DNA from: Lama glama
Lineage: Eukaryota
Direction of reading: 5' to 3'
Length of the DNA: 64,000 bases
Assembly (NCBI GenBank): GCA_028534125.1
Contig: CM052816.1
Coordinates: forward strand, 22,942,001 to 23,006,000
This document shows positions 26,196-39,198 of this stretch, in pieces. Under the pieces are notes generated by a model. It had not been told where the DNA came from. It saw nothing but the letters and a program-made list of their open reading frames with translations, and ran no database searches. The stretch's first letter is position 1, and each line of letters opens with the position of its first letter. A program made the translations under genes and the position numbers.

Positions 26196-28530
26196 CTGAC
26201 AAATATGAATTAAGCACCAATACACACCGGTAGATAAAGGCAAAGTCAATGATGTGATACTGCCCTTTCCACTAGGCTGTTTTCCTTTTCTTTTCATATA
26301 ATTAATTTCAGAATCTTATGATAATCACCAGCATTATAATTATAAAATCAGTTAACTTTTAGTTATCATATTTTGGTTCAAATCCACATGGGGATATGAA
26401 AGTGACTATTAAATATTGTATAAGTTCTCAAGACCCCTTTCCTGTCTATCTCTGGAGAACAGATAATTGCACACAATTAACCCTGTAGAGTTTTTGAAGC
26501 ATGTTCCATTCAAAAATAGCTACAGGGATAACTCTGCTGACTTGACTTTCTGAGGAAAAGATTAACAGCTGTAAGAGAAAATTTTTGAAATTATAGCTGC
26601 AGTGGAGGTCTTTGATCTAGGGGTCCTTTCCCAAATGCCTATTCCTCTTCAGGATCTCTGTTTCCCTTATAAAATCCTCATTTTAATTATTTTTTAAAAA
26701 AGGTTAGATAAGAGAGAAAGAAGATATTCTAGAAATTTTGCATACAAAGATTTCTCTTAAGAAGTTCTGCTTTAGGAATACTTCATATATAGAGGCCATT
26801 TTATATATAATATAAATAGGCTAAGATTATAATTATACATATATTATGTATCTCTCTCTAATATACATATAAACATCTTCTCTCCCTCTCTCTCTCTCTA
26901 TATATATATAGTCTAGGCTGAGTCAACATTTTGGTTGTTTTTCTTAGATACTTCATCTTTGCTCTACTGTAACAAAAGGGAAGATCTATCTATATGTATA
27001 TATCTGTATCATCAATTTGTACATTTCAACTAATCTTTAGTCCCTAGGGTTTCCAGGTGAGGAATAAAATCACCTCTGTGATCATGTACCTATTCTTTTC
27101 ACCACATTCGTGCTTTCCGTCCCTGCCACTCCCTCACCCTCCCACCATCCCTCACCTCCTACGCATCATGGGTGCAGCCTCATTCCCAGCTCTGGACCAA
27201 TCTTGTTTCTGTGCATAAAGAATGTCAAGAATTCTAGGTTAATAGTTCAGCATCACGTCAGCCTTGCTGCCTGCTCTTGTTCTGGTGTCTGCTCTCTGTC
27301 TTGCCCTCTTCCCTGTATCCCACCTTCTGCCGTTGTAAACTAGTTCCCATTTCAGAATCTCTGCCTGAGGAGTTGCCTCTGAATTCCCTACCTCTAAGCC
27401 ATGCCTGCCATGAGTGCCCCTGTGGGCACAAGGTCCTCCCTTGCTTGCCCCAGCAGCCTTTGAGGTATGTCTACCTTTAGGTAGGTGTGAGACGTCCTCG
27501 CTGCTGCCGGCAGCCTATGTCTTCCTGTGGCCACCGCCTGCCACCAGACTCCTAAGGAGATGTTGCCCTTGGCTCCTCTAGCTCTGCCCTGGCACCTGAT
27601 GCTGGCTCAGCCCTCTCACAGCCTCCTCAGCCCAGCTGTGCCTCTTTGGCTCCACGCTTCTGCCAGAGGAGCTTCAATTCTGAAAAACAACATCTGCAGC
27701 AGTGATGGCTAAGTGAGGGTAACGAACCTGCCATGTCTGGCCTACAGATGGATTTACATGTATTTTGTTTGGCCAGCATGGTGTTGATACACAGAGATTT
27801 TTCTTTCTTTTCTCTTTTTTAAAAATTCACTACTAATATTCAACAACTAGAAAATTTCACATTAAAAAAAAACCCTCAAACAGAAAACCAAAAGCTGGAT
27901 TTCCAGGCGGCTTGAAGGTGGACACCGTAACAAACGCCGGGTCCACGCAGCCACACGGCGGCCCTCTGCCAGAGGCGCGCAGCCCCGGGCTCCTCCCATG
28001 GGGTGACTTCTCTCGCCCATGTCACCCACTGCTGCATAATCTACTGCTTCCCTCAACTGCAGCCAAATGTCAGTGACCACAGCCATCATGTTGGTATTGT
28101 TGGCTTTTCCATATGAAAGATTTAAGTAGAAAGTTCATATATTCTTCCACCTTTGTCTCTACTAAAAGTGGAACTACAAATGATTGATTTAGCTACATGC
28201 TAAAAGAGAGAGGGAGAAAGAAAACATATCTCTAAAAGGAAGACAAGACTATCCCTCAACGTTTAATGTGCAGCATTTCTGATAAACCTCTAGTCAAATT
28301 CACACATTCACCGTAACTGCCTGATTCCTGTTGGCATTTAGGTTTTTGAGCCATATAATAGAGTGCTCTAAGGAAAGGGTCAGAATGGTGAAAGGATTCA
28401 AAACCAAGCAGAAATACTGAGAATATGGGATACTTAACTGGAAAAGAGAATACTCAGAAGGGCATGATAATCTTCACATATCTGAAGAGCTGTTACAAGA
28501 AGAAGAATTCTCTTTGTCTCTGTGGTCCCA

Positions 28531-28588
28531 GAGGGCTGATCACAAGGGAGGGCTGATCACAAGGGAGGGCCGATCACAAGGGAGGGCT
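28531..28588 (+). repeat. 17-bp minisatellite, about 3 copies
   Basis: gagggcYgatcacaagg repeated. Confidence 0.9.
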
Positions 28589-29693
28589 GCTGCAGGGAGA
28601 CATATTTGAGGGTTTGAGACATAAACAGGAGAAGAAACCACAGAATGCAAGTTCTCCCTCCCTGGCTGTGTGCCACCAGGGTCTATAGCAACACCTACAC
28701 TAATTTTCTTTCAGCCCTAAATGTTTTTATGATTTTTAAATAGTGGGAGACACTATACTAAGAATGGTGATTTTTCCCCTCAGCTTTCTCTGAAGGGGAG
28801 AGACTGGGCAAAGGATGTGTATAAGGGAAAATGAAGAAAGAATGAAGGTAGGTAACAGTTTTGAATATTGAGTATTGTTTGGAGTCAGTGGAAGAGAAAA
28901 TACCCTAAGAATTTTGAAGGCATACTAGGCCTTTTGAGGGACTTTAGGCTTTGGGCCCTGAAACAAACTCTTTAATTCAGAGACAATACATTTTAATCTT
29001 CCGATTATACGGTACAAGTTCCCCAGGGGGGAAAAATTCTGGGGATGAACTCTAAGATGATTAATCACAAAGATACCTGCCATTTATCTACACGAGTCAA
29101 ACCAGGGCTACTTCACATTTGCTTTAGGCATACGCTAGGATTACCAAAAAGAACACATCCTTTTTTGATCAGAGTGGCTTTTTCAGTACAAATACATTCT
29201 TGTTTTTGAAAATAATCCCCAGGAAAACACTCTGTGCATATCAATTCCATCTTTTACTCCAGAGTACTTTTTAGTTCAGTGAAAGAAATAGAAAATTCAA
29301 AATGTAATAAATAGTTACCATTTTATTTTATATTTTCTCTTCATGTATAAGCGTTATGAATTAAGGTGTACATTTGTGTCTATAAGGGATACCCCAAAGC
29401 CATGTAGACAGGGTAGTTCAATAAATATTGCTGAAGACTTACGAGATTCTATTACTATATTAACTATCCTGACATTTTTACATGTGGCTCCAGATAATTT
29501 TAGTTGTTCAGTTTAGTTTTGCCTCCAAATTCATGGATACTTACAGATTATATTAAAATTTCAAAGCTTATTTCCTTTACACAGAATACTATATACTACA
29601 CAGATCATGAAGCATTAAGATGAAGCTTAACCGTAACCATTTAACATATTTTCTAAATGTGAAGAAGGAGAGTTCCAAGAAAAACAAGTTTAC

Positions 29694-29983
29694 CTTAACA
29701 AAACACGTAGCTATGCAAATCTATTTCTCCCCAGCACAATATGAAAATGCTTGAGCATGTCTGGAATGTGCCTGCTCTTTGTGGTTGGTGCTTTATCACA
29801 GCGCATCACATGGGAGCCACTCTCCCAGGGGAAGACCAAATCTGTGCTCAGGGTGATGAGTGAGACTCTTCAAAAGGATATTCATGTTAACGGATTTTCC
29901 AGTAAATAATTTTAATGATACTCTCTTAATGCTGTCTTTCAGAGACCATATTTCACATTTTCTGCTTTCTCAGCTCTAACTTC
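29694..29983 (-). pseudogene. Pseudo-exon (phase 0-2): EVRAEKAENVKYGL*KTALREYH*NYLLENPLT*...HIPDMLKHFHIVLGRNRFA*LRVLL
   Basis: Pyrimidine-rich acceptor, donor AAG|gtaaac; 290 nt with frame preserved; several stops; carries L.EYH and FHIV..R motifs. Confidence 0.5.
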
Positions 29984-30117
29984 CTATCTTTGAAGGAGGA
30001 AATGTTACGAAAATTTGGTAAGGAAAAAACAATTTGTCAACTGGAAAGGAAAAGTTTCATTGACGATAAAGAGGAAAAACTTTATTACTGAGCTTATGAC
30101 CTTCTCTCATATCTTCT

Positions 30118-30316
30118 ATTTTTTTTAACTGAAGTATAGTCGGTTTACAATGTTGTGTTAATTACTGGTATACAGCATAGTGATTCATATATATACATAT
30201 ATGTATATATGTACACCTTTTCATATTCTTTTCATTATAGGCTATTACAGGGTATTGAATATAGTCCCCTGTGCTATACAGTAGGACCGTGTTGTTTGTC
30301 TATTTTATGTATAGTG
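30118..30316 (-). mobile_element. L1 3' end fragment (camelid type)
   Basis: ttaactgaagtatagtcggtttacaatgttgtg...gttgtttgtctattttatgtatagt is the reverse complement of the 3' UTR at about 32630-32820. Confidence 0.85.
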
Positions 30317-30644
30317 GCTAATATCGACAAATCCCTAACTCTCATATGTTCTTTTCATATCTAAGTCTTGAACACTGATGTCTCCACGGGAATTTCAACA
30401 CTCTGTTTTCTGGTTTTACAATGTATTAGCCATCCTTACTTATGATTGTGTGGTACACTCAGTGCACTAGACAGTGGGGTTATCCATTTCCCGGATATTC
30501 TGAACTGTGCAACTCAATAAAGGAATTAATAGGAATCTATCTATCTATCTATCTGTCTAGGGGCCAGCTGTGTTCTGTCTTCGTTCTGTCTCTGAGCCCA
30601 CATTTCCTCATTTGTTAAACAGAAAAGAATACTATTTTGCTTAC

Positions 30645-30792
30645 CTGAATATTTTAAAAATAAACCCAAAACTTCCATCTGTTGCTCAGCATACACATAG
30701 CTACAATATCATCTATATCTTATGCTTTCTCATAGAAAGTGAGGATTAACTGGTCATTCGGGATGAATATCTTCTGATACAGTAAAACTTGC
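30645..30792 (-). pseudogene. Pseudo-exon (phase 2-0): QVLLYQKIFIPNDQLILTFYEKA*DIDDIVAMCMLSNRWKFWVYF*NIQ
   Basis: Donor CAG|gtaagc; acceptors at 30792 (phase 2) or 30773 (phase 0) give the same frame; phase-compatible with both neighbours. Confidence 0.6.
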
Positions 30793-30910
30793 CTTTAAAA
30801 GTGGAAAGGCAAGTCACTAACTGGGAGAAGATATTTGCAACACATACAGTTGACAGAAGTTTAGTATAAAGTACACACAAAAAATATAACCAAACAACAG
30901 AAAGCTAAGC

Positions 30911-31028
30911 AAAAGACATAGACATTTCACAAAAGAGGAACATGAATGTCTGATAAAAGTTTGAAAGGAAAAAGACATAGACATTTCACAAAAGAGGAAC
31001 ATGAATGTCTGATAAAAGTTTGAAAGGA
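30911..31028 (+). repeat. Perfect 59-bp tandem duplication
   Basis: aaaagacatagacatttcacaaaagaggaacatgaatgtctgataaaagtttgaaagga occurs twice head-to-tail. Confidence 0.95.
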
Positions 31029-31595
31029 TGCCTAACCTCAAAAGTAATGAGGGAAATGCAGTTCAACCTTAATGAGAAATCATTTATCCAACTGGCAAAT
31101 AGTGTAAAGTCAGAAGATAAGTGATGATCTGATCTATGGAGGGATCTACACACTGTTGCTAGGAGTGTAAACCGAGACAATCACTTAGACACAACGTGGC
31201 ATTAGTTGGTAATTTATAGCCCTACTGAAAATCTACTTCTAAGATTATACCCCAGAGCAGTGCTTCTCAAAGTGTGGTCCTCAAACACTTTGGTTCTGTC
31301 TGCACTAAGACAGGTAAATAAGTTGAAACTTTAATAACAATTTGACAGAGTAAATTCACATCTGATAAATCCAATTAAAAATTAAGCCTGGATTTTATGT
31401 CTTGTTTTTCATTTTCTTAAAAACTTATTTTATCATCTTCTCTTTTACAAAAGAATATTTTTAATCTTTGAAGTACTGAAAATAAAACAACAAAAACAAC
31501 AAAATGAAACTGATCATTCAACAAAGACAGTGTGAGAAACACTACCCTAGACAAACTCCTGCACTAGGAGGCTATCAAGAACACCCACGTCCAAT

Positions 31596-32834
31596 GAGAC
31601 AAGAAACTATAAACCTCCTAGAAGAAAACATAGGCAAAACATTCTCCGACATAAATCTCAGCAATGTTCTCCTAGGGCAGTTTACCCAAGCAATAGAAAT
31701 AAAAGCAAAAATAAACAAATGGGACCTAATTAAACTTACAAGCTTTTGCACAGCAAAGGAAACCATAAGCAAAACAAAATGACATTCTATGGAATGAGAG
31801 AAAATATTTGCAAAAGATGAGACTGACACAGCCTTAATTTCCAGAATATATAAACAGCTCATATAATTTAAGAAAAAAACAAACAACCCAATCCAAAAAT
31901 GGGCAGAAGACCTACACAAGCAATTCTCCAGTGAAGACATACAAATGGTCAATAGGCACATGAAAAAATGCTCAATATTGCCAATTATCAGAAAAATGCA
32001 AATCAAAACTACAACAAGGTATCACCTCACACTAGTCAGAATGGCCATCGTTCAAAAGTCCATGAACGATAAATGTTGGAGATGCTGTAGAGAAAAGGGA
32101 ACCCTCCTACACTGTTGGTGGGAATGTAGTTTGGCGCAGCCACTATGGAAAACAGTATGAAGATTCCTCAAAAACTAAAAATAGACTTACCATATGATCC
32201 AGCAATCCCACTCCTGGGCATATATCCAGAGGGAACCTTAATTCAAAAAGATATGTGCACCCCAATGTTCATAGCAGCACTGTTTACAATAGTCAAGACA
32301 TGGAAACAACTTAAAAGTCCATCGACAGATGATGTGGATAAAGAAGTTGTGGTATATTTATACAATAGAATACTACTCAGTCATAAAAAATGATAAAATA
32401 ATGCCATTTGCAGCAACACAGATGGACCTAGAGAGTGTCATTCTAAGTGAAGTAAGCCAGAAAGAGAAAGAAAAATATTGTATATCACTCATTTGTGGAA
32501 TCTGAAAGAAAAAGACAAATTTATTTACAAAAAAGAAACAGACTCACAGACATAGAAAACAAACTTATGGTTACCGGGGGGGAAGCAGGTGGGAAGGGAT
32601 AAATCAGGAGTTTGAGATTTGTAGATACTAACTAATATATATAAAATAGATAAGCAACAAGTTTATACTGTATAGCACAGGGAGCTATATTCAATATCTT
32701 GTGGTAACCTATAATGAAAAAGAATATGAAAATGAATATATCGATGTTCCTATATGACTGAAGTATTGTGCTGTACACCAGAAATTGATACAACATTGTA
32801 AACTGACTATACTTCAATAAAAATATATTAAAAA
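31596..32834 (+). mobile_element. 5'-truncated younger L1 (ORF2 C-terminus + 3' UTR + A tail)
   Basis: ORF track gives L1 ORF2 peptides ([38 protein letters not shown]); degenerate TSD aagaacacccacgtccaat / aagaatatccatgccaat. Confidence 0.95.
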
Positions 32835-33816
32835 AAGAATATCCATGCCAATATTGTTTTGATAGCAAAACCACAACAATAAAAACCTGAAAACCAAAAC
32901 TGAAAAAAACCAAAAATAAAAAGAAAGGGAAAAATGGCCATTAATAGGGTATTTGATAAGTAACTTACAGTATACTCACACAATGGAATATTACACAGCA
33001 GTAAAAATGAATGGACTCTAACAATGCAAAATAACATAAATGAAATCTTACCAATGTTGAATGATAAAAGCAAATCCCAGAAAGCTCTATGTGGTGTGGC
33101 ACACATTATTTTACAGCTCAACAAACATAACTGATTCATTAATTAACTGGCGAATGAATGAATACAGTTTTAGACATAAATATTCACATGAAAGAATTTT
33201 GTTTTTAAAGCAGGAAAATGATGAGCTCCAACCCAGTTCAGCAGACACTATGCTGAGGGAGGGGCATTAGGACGGAGGAGAAACAGACAGGTCCACTTAT
33301 TGGTGATTATCTGGTTCTTGATCAATGAGTCAGATGATGAGATCAAAAATGTTTCTGTTATTACACTTTATATTTTAAATAAGTGTTATTTACTTTTGGT
33401 CCATAAAATAACATAAAAATAGAAACCATATTTCAAATAAAATTTAATCTCTTTTGGAAAACAATTGTCAAAAATTTTGTTGCTCAAATGTTGCAAATAA
33501 TGAGATTCTGACTCACACCTAAAGATAATGAAAATCTCCACTTAGACTATAAAATCTAACCTATGAAAACATCTGAAGTTAGGTACTGTAGTAATATATG
33601 AGTTGTTAAGACAAAATCATAAGATATAGGAATATAAAAAAAACTGTCAGGGTCTTTCTGCAAATGCACATATAGTCAAAATAAGAAAAAATGTTGGCAA
33701 TTACACATCTTATGTATATAAATAAAATCACAACTGGTGTAAAGAATTTGGCATTCTTATATAGTTCAATTATTTCCCAAGCTATTACATCTCTGGAATA
33801 AATATGGGGCTGGAAG

Positions 33817-34407
33817 TGTTGCCAGAGAATACGTTCTTATCTTGGGCAGGAAAGAATTCGAGTGAGACATAGTAAAGTGAAAGCCAATTTATTTAGAGAG
33901 ATACACACTCCATACACAGAGTGGGGTTCATCTCACTCACAAGGGAGAGTGGCTTAGGAGGTACACACTCCACAGGCAGAATGTGGGCCATCTCAAGAGG
34001 GAGACGGAGAGAGGCCGTGAAGTGTGGGGTGTTTAGTTTAAAGTAAAAGTGGATACACACTCCATAGACAGAGTGCAGGCTGTCTCAGAAGGCAAGACAG
34101 CGAGTGACCACGAGGTGCAGGGTTGTTAGTTTTTATGGGCTTGGTAATTTCGTACGCTAAGGAGTAGGAGGACTATTCCAACTATTTCGGAGAAGGAGGG
34201 AGGATTTCCAGGAATTGGGCCCCCACCCACTCTTTGCCCTTTTATGGTCAGCCTGGGAACTGTCATGGTGCCTATGGGTGTGCCAAGGGGCTCAAGGCCT
34301 ACTGGAAGTCGAATCTCCCACCATCTTGGTTCTAACCAAGCTGTTCTTTCCTCGACCACTGTGTCATTCCTTCAGTGCTGTGCCCCACCCCCTTCCCTCC
34401 TGTCTCA
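33817..34407 (-). mobile_element. ERV1-class solo LTR
   Basis: TG...CA termini with 4-bp TSD GAAG; internal tacacactcca repeats; homologous to 56110-56747. Confidence 0.9.
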
Positions 34408-34849
34408 GAAGCACAGTGGCAACATGGATAAGATCCTATTCTCCGGTGATTTAAGATGGAGGGAATTAAGACAGGAAACAGGACACTAAATAAGTGATCC
34501 ATCACAATCACAGTGCTATGTGTTATGAAGATAATAAACCAAGGGCAAGGTGGGTGCCAGAGATGACAGGGATGTAAAGGAAAAGGTTAATACAGGGTGG
34601 TCAGAGATGTCCTCTCTGAGGAAAGAGCCATCAAGCAAAACATTTTTTTGTAGGAAAAACCTGCTAGTTCAATGGCCCTGAATGGGAACAAGACTGGAGT
34701 AACAGAAAAACAGAACAAGCCCTAGAAGGCTGAAGCCATGAACGTAGAGGAGTTTTCAGGGGCTGTCACACAGCCTTGCCCATCCTGGGGAAGAATTTCT
34801 CAGAAGTTTGTTCATTGACTTCTTTTGGCCTCAATCCACACACTCTTCC

Positions 34850-36375
34850 TTCATAGATACAACTGCCAACTACACACAATAATTCTCAGATCTTTTTTGT
34901 GTCTTTTACCTGACAACACTACTGACATTCAGTCCCATTTCTTTGGCCACCAACTGGACTACTCCACTTGGTGTTTCCACAGGTTCCCAAGACTCAACAG
35001 AACCCAAACCTCACCTACTGTATTTCCCAGGGACTTGGCCCCTTTTGTGGGGTTCCCGTCCCTGTTCACCCAGTTGAACACTTCAGAATCTGGGAGTCAT
35101 CCTCACCTCTGCTGCTCCACTCATCCCTCTAACTGATGACTGTTATTGATTCTAACTCATTACATGTTTTATCTGTGTCCTCCCCTCAATTCTTGCCATT
35201 ATTTTAGTAATTCTCACCTCACCTGTATTATTAAACTGGCTTTTTGGCTGCTTTTCTTGGCTCAGGTCTTGTCCCAAGTCCGATATGTCTTCCATATGAT
35301 TCTCACAGTCAACTTTTTAAAGGGCACTTCTGGCTTACAACCTGTCAGCTGATTTCCTTGCCTAGGGGACAAGGTCCAAACTCTTAATGAGGCGTGGAAG
35401 GCCTCTGGGATCTGTTCCCTGACTCTTTTCCATGCCATTTGCATGCAAGGCTCCAGCAAGGCTGAGATGGGCAGTTCCCCAGCTAGAAATGATTACTCTC
35501 TCCTTTGGTCTGCATGGCACCTAGTATAAACTTCCAACACAGCATGGGAAATATCCCTGCGCCTCTTTGATAATTTGGCTCTTTTTTTTCACATGTTCCA
35601 CGGATCCTCAGTATTTAGGACAGAACTACTAGCCTGGAGGTCCTGGTACCTTCTTAAGGAATGACTCAGGAGTGAACTAAGCTCCGTCAATTTAATTTCT
35701 AGATAACTCTCAAACTATTTTTTTTCTCCCATCATCCCTGCCAATGCTTTGGTCTGGGTCTCATCAGCTCTTGCCTAGGCTTTTTCAGTAGCCCTGAAAA
35801 GGGCCACTCTCATCTTCCTCAACCCCATCTGCCATACAGCTGCCAGAGGCAAAACCCGTTCATACTGCTTCCTGCCGCAAAATCTGGGCCACTCAGAGCT
35901 CCTTGGCACGAGGCTCCAAGACCGTTCCAGGGGTCTCCTTGCAGCCAGCACATGCTCAGTACAACTCAATTATACCAAACTTCCAGTTTCCCAAATTTAT
36001 TGTGCCGTTTCTTGCTTTGGACTGCGTTACTTACTCCGGCCTGAATCTTTCCAGACTCCTCTCCCTCTTGCATCACTCCTCTCCCAATCCCTTTTCCATT
36101 AAACTTAAACTTCTCAGCCATTAAGATTCAAATCAGGTATTACCTTCCAAGTAAAGCCTTCGTCTGACCCCTCCGTGGCTGTCAGATAACCTCTTCTGAT
36201 TCCCACTGAATCCAAAGCGCGCCTTAATTATACAAAACCATGTCCTCCTATTTTTCACCCACTTGCTTGTCTCCTTTATTACATTTATGGAACACAAAGT
36301 TCTGGAACTTCTGTTAGTGAATCTCAAACACATGGCCTAATGCCTAGGAAATGGAAAGCCTTCAATACATGTTTG
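34850..36375. mobile_element. Cluster of L2 fragments
   Basis: Motifs ctccacttggtgtttccacagg...ctcaaca, aggtccaaactctt, caaatcaggtattaccttcc, tgcctaggaaatgg...tcaatacatgtttg. Confidence 0.65.
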
Positions 36376-38347
36376 TAAGAACAAGAGAAAAATTAATGTT
36401 CTTCATTTTGGTCTACTGGTAAAATAGTTTCTGAACAATTATATAAGCAAAATAACAATGGCTTTTTCTGATTTCTTCTGAGTCTAAAGTTTAATGAGGG
36501 CTGCAAAATAATCTTCTGTTTGTTTTACTTTTATTAGGAAATATATAATCAAGACATGGTTCCCCTCAAGAAAAACTGTTTCCAGAGACACGAGTAATAC
36601 TACTTGCAAAGCCTGAGAGCTTTCTGAACAGGAATTCAGTGACAGTTTTGACATACAGGGAAAGCAACAAATAAAATTGAATTTGAAAGTGTGAAAAGTT
36701 GTGAAAGAACATGACTGGCATGAACTCCAAAGTTAAACAAACGAAAATCAGTGAAAAAGGAATTGAAAGTTTATTCTAGACAGCTAAAATGCTTCTTAGT
36801 CTGATTTTCCAAAGACAGATCTCAGCATCTCTTTGGCAATTCACTCTGCAGTCCTTAAAAGAAATAACTCTGTATTTGTTAGTACCCAATGTTTTAAGAG
36901 ATATTATTGTAAGTGAAAGAAAACTCAAATACAGGAGAGTGTTTATATAATATACTCATGTTATAGCCAAAAAGAGACCACATAGACACACATGTGTGAC
37001 ATGTATGTATACAAATATAAATGTGTGCATAATAACCGTATCTATACCCATCTGCATCTATATACAAAGCGTATTTCTGGAAAGATTAGATTCACAAACG
37101 AGTGACTCTGCGGGATGGGCTTTAGGGTCTAATGGTGGACAGAAACATATTTTTTCATTGTTCACCCTTTTGTCACTTGTGATTGGCCCCATGACACATA
37201 ATAATCAGGGAAGAAATTCAAAATGTGATTAGTTAATTGTATTGCCTTTATTACTTAATTAGTAATTAATTAGTAAGTAATTAAGTAAATAAAATCAGAG
37301 ATGACTGTGTAATTTAATTGTTCACTTTGTTTTAAGGAACTCTATACTGCAGTTATTCTTACCGTTAAACAGAAATATGACCCTTTTACTGTGTGTAGAC
37401 AAATATTTCAAGGAAAACAATGGAACTACTTTTTTTTTCAGTTAAAACTTTCAATCATAAGGTCTTAAATAAATCAGTGTGAGTATTCGTAGTAATTAGT
37501 GATTACAAGATGATTCACTGATTTTTGGAACTATATTGTAAAACTCAGCTAAGTTTCTCCTCTAAGCAGGAGAAGGTCCTCCTTAAGAGAGAAAACTGTC
37601 TTCAACACACATAGCTGAGATATCACACAAACTCCTAATTATAGATTGTAACTGGTAAATGTCAGTAGGGTTCAGAACAGTGTTACCTACTCCTGACTGC
37701 TACCTGCCAATGTCAAAATAATGATCCTAACCCTTTTGTGCCTTGCCAAAATAGCTAACTTGTGTATTATGTACTGATTTCTGAGCACCCCCTTCTGAGG
37801 TTATCATAAAACGTATGACTTACCTAATGGAAACAAAAAACAAAATAAATTCAATTGTTTAAATGTTAAAACAAGTCACCAGGCACACAAGTATAGTGAC
37901 AACTTGGAGATGAGGACCATAACCTATGTGCAGAGCCAGACAAACCTGGGGCTGAATACCAAGCTGCCACTCAAAGGCTCTGTGATCCCAGGAAAGCAAG
38001 ATAGCTTCTCTATCATCTTCCCTTCAGGAACAAAGGGAGCATATCTCACCAAGTTGTTCAAAAGAATAGTGGGAAAATAGAAATAAAGCATTTAGTAAAT
38101 GGCACTTAGATTCTCAACTGTTACTAATGTGGTAACACTAATACTTGGAATAGTTATTAATCATACGAATACAGTACTGTTTATATGAGACAACTGGAAA
38201 TCAAGAATTGGAATGAGCATCAGGGTAAAGTAAGTAATTGAAATAAAGGGAATATAGTTTGGCTGCAAAGCTAAACCAGCTTTCTCCACTGCTGCTCTCC
38301 CGCAGGTTGGCAGCTCATTATGAGGGACACTTTCACTATTTCCTTAC

Positions 38348-38497
38348 CTTATAATCTTCTCTCTATGCTTAACCTCTTCCGAAACCTACTTTTTACTGAA
38401 GAGGCGTAACATTTCATTAATTCCAACTTACGGACTGATAGAAGTATAAACTATGTGTCCCCGATGGCACTCAGGGCCACCCAACAATCACACGTGT
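38348..38497 (-). pseudogene. Pseudo-exon (phase 2-2): HV*LLGGPECHRGHIVYTSISP*VGINEMLRLFSKK*VSEEVKHREKII
   Basis: Acceptor ccttgctgtgtag, donor AAG|gtaagg; 150 nt with frame preserved; three stops. Confidence 0.6.
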
Positions 38498-38947
38498 CTA
38501 CACAGCAAGGGGTCAATTCCAAGACCGATAAGGACGAGAAGACATAGATTACAAGCAATCTGCACGATTATCTCAAGACAACTGAGAGTTCGATGGAAGT
38601 AAAATTATTAAAACTTTCTGGCTCTTGCCCTTGTCAGAGCGCTGAGACTATCAGTCCTTCTGTGTTCACCAAGAGGAACTTCTGGTAAACTGGTAAATGA
38701 CTATCTAATCTTTTACGTAAAAATCCCAGGGCTCAGTGCTAATAACACATCTCGCCAACAAGTCCAACTATATTACGGAAGGAGTCAAGAAGGGGCACAT
38801 CTTATACTCCCACAATAATTTCTAATAAAGATTTTCTGAGTGAAATATACCTAGTAAAGGAGATTGGAAAATATTAACTGTAATTTTTATGATGTCTTTA
38901 GGGAAGGGCTACAGAAGTCTGATTCTGAGGCCTGTATTAAGCTGTCT

Positions 38948-39198
38948 CAGGGCTTTCCAACTTGGTACTATTGACATTTGGGGCTAGAAAATTCCTTGGG
39001 GCGTGTGTGTGCGTGTGTGCGCGCACGCGCTCACACTTGTGCACCAGGTGAGGCAACTTGCACACTGTAGGATGTTTGGCAGCATCCTGGCTTCTACTGG
39101 TTAGTTGCGCCCCCTACTTGTGACAATCATTAATGTCTCCAGACACTGCCAAATGTCTCCTGGAGTGGAAGGTAAAAATGCCCCCAGCTGAGAATTCT
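38948..39198 (+). mobile_element. MER20 (hAT-Charlie MITE) with internal (GT/GC)n run
   Basis: ctattgacatttgggg...tgtaggatgtttggcagcatcc...aatgtctccagacactgccaaatgtc. Confidence 0.85.

Larger units (their letters stand above)
30795..33400 (+). mobile_element. Old L1 ORF2/3' remnant hosting nested younger insertions
   Basis: gggagaagatatttgcaacacat...gacatttcacaaaagagga...cacacaatggaatattacacagcagtaaaaatgaatg. Confidence 0.75.

Noticed and set aside
28531..28588. Short direct repeats as a CRISPR-like array
   Set aside because: Head-to-tail 17-mers with no spacers in mammalian DNA; ordinary minisatellite.
29974..30017. Plus-strand exon-like unit (ctttctcag ... TTG|gtaagg)
   Set aside because: Isolated 44 nt with no supporting plus-strand exon chain.
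31504..32393. ORFs with recognisable protein motifs
   Set aside because: Broken fragments of L1 ORF2 and their antisense shadow, not a host gene.
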